From assembly GCA_963816145.1 (NCBI GenBank), contig CAWFJP010000004.1:96001-160000 (forward strand): DNA of 64,000 bases, in the 5' to 3' direction. This DNA is from an uncultured delta proteobacterium (lineage in GTDB: Bacteria > Desulfobacterota > Binatia > UBA9968). Under the pieces are notes generated by a model, which saw only the letters and a list, made by a program, of their open reading frames with translations, did no database searches and was not told the DNA's origin. The position numbers and the translations under genes are program-made. Of the stretch, positions 62,989 to 64,000 are shown piece by piece. Positions within the stretch are counted from its first letter, which is position 1, and each line of letters begins with the position of its first letter.

Positions 62989-63738
62989 TTAGGGCCAGGG
63001 AAACTGCGCTACCGAGGTTCCGCTGAGAAGCTTGTGGTCGGTCATATCGCATTGCAGCGGCGTCACCGAGATATAGCCTTCGTTTACCGCCATGCAGTCG
63101 GTGCCATCGTCCTTGGCGAAGCCCAAGTCGTCGCCGCCGATCCAGTAATACTTGCCGCCGCGCGGGTCGACGCGCTCGACGATGTTCTCGCTGTAATGGC
63201 GTTTGCCCATGCGGGTAAATTTCCAACCTTTGAGCTGTTCTCTCGGCAAATGGGGCACGTTGACGTTGAGCAGGGTTCCCGCCGGTATGCCCGGCTGCTG
63301 AATGCGCTCGATCAAGGTCGCGGTGAATTCTGCCGCGGCGCGAAAATCAAAATTCTCAAAGGTGACGAGAGACACGGCGATGGCAGGAATGCCTAGGAGC
63401 GTGCCCTCAATGGCCGCCGAAACCGTTCCTGAATAAATAATATCGTCGCCGAGATTCGGCCCTTTGTTGATGCCGGAGACGACCAGGTCGGGTTTTACCG
63501 GCAACAGGCCGGTAAGCGCGAGTTTGACACAATCGACTGGAGTGCCGTCGACCGCCATGCGTCGCGGGCTGAGCTCGTGGACGCGTAGCGGCCGGTGCAG
63601 TGTCAACGCGTGGCTCATGGAGCTTTGCGCCCGGTCCGGCGCTACGGTGTAAATTTCGGCGAGCCGAGCGAGGCTTTTTTCCAGAGCTGTGAGCCCATCG
63701 GATTGGATGCCGTCATCGTTGGAAAGCAGGATGATCAT
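62989..63738 (-). CDS. surE: 5'/3'-nucleotidase SurE
   Basis: LSNDDG, GTPVDCV, SGINKG and YSGTV motifs. Confidence 0.96.
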   Translation of the reverse strand: MIILLSNDDGIQSDGLTALEKSLARLAEIYTVAPDRAQSSMSHALTLHRPLRVHELSPRRMAVDGTPVDCVKLALTGLLPVKPDLVVSGINKGPNLGDDIIYSGTVSAAIEGTLLGIPAIAVSLVTFENFDFRAAAEFTATLIERIQQPGIPAGTLLNVNVPHLPREQLKGWKFTRMGKRHYSENIVERVDPRGGKYYWIGGDDLGFAKDDGTDCMAVNEGYISVTPLQCDMTDHKLLSGTSVAQFPWP

Positions 63739-63814
63739 ACGGCCATTGTTGCAAAGAAGCCGTAAGCGAACAAGCGCAAGGGGAAACCGCTGGCCGATTA
63801 AGGGTTCGTTAGAA

Positions 63815-64000
63815 TCACACCGCGTGCAAAAATTGCCGATGGCTTTCGATCAAATCGGCAAACTGAGTTAGCTCTTCCTTTGCCACACCCGGCGGAAATT
63901 TTGCCGCGCTGCGGCGCCAGCGCGCCAGCCACTTTTGGTCGAGCAGCGGCGGTGCTAGCGGATGCCGGGCAGCACTCTCATCTCGGTTGAACGCGATCGT
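63815..64000 (-). CDS. 3' end of an unidentified CDS running off the window
   Basis: Open frame TIAFNRDE...SHRQFLHAV ending in TGA at 63815-63817. Confidence 0.4.
   Translation of the reverse strand, partial: TIAFNRDESAARHPLAPPLLDQKWLARWRRSAAKFPPGVAKEELTQFADLIESHRQFLHAV

Overview
A GC-rich bacterial chromosomal window. The gene repertoire and intergenic repeat style resemble Deltaproteobacteria-like lineages such as Candidatus Binatia; this is inference only. Housekeeping content includes two nth paralogues, mfd, surA-pdxA-phosphomannomutase-uvrA, eno, ftsB, surE, hslR and an Mla/MCE lipid transport operon. Metabolic and transport genes include a TauD-like dioxygenase, a class II aldolase, a Mo/W-bisPGD oxidoreductase with a flavoprotein, an amidohydrolase, a ComD/E-like decarboxylase, MFS transporters and solute-binding proteins. 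Most notable: (1) a chemosensory cluster (RR-cheD-cheA-cheW-3 MCPs-cheR-cheB-cheY) with a candidate sigma54 promoter, ending in a protein with four tandem MshEN-type c-di-GMP-binding motifs fused to a CheX-type phosphatase, and divergent from a long coiled-coil protein plus a single-domain KaiC-like ATPase; (2) a membrane-anchored TIR-TM-Ig-Ig-TPR receptor-like protein convergent with a TPR lipoprotein; (3) a hybrid Fe-S locus (iscS-iscA-sufB-second desulfurase-rrf2) with an IscR-like operator; (4) a GcvH homologue lacking the lipoyl lysine and a UvrA lacking its insertion domain; (5) nested miniature mobile elements and short-period intergenic palindromes. I saw no rRNA, tRNA or CRISPR array.
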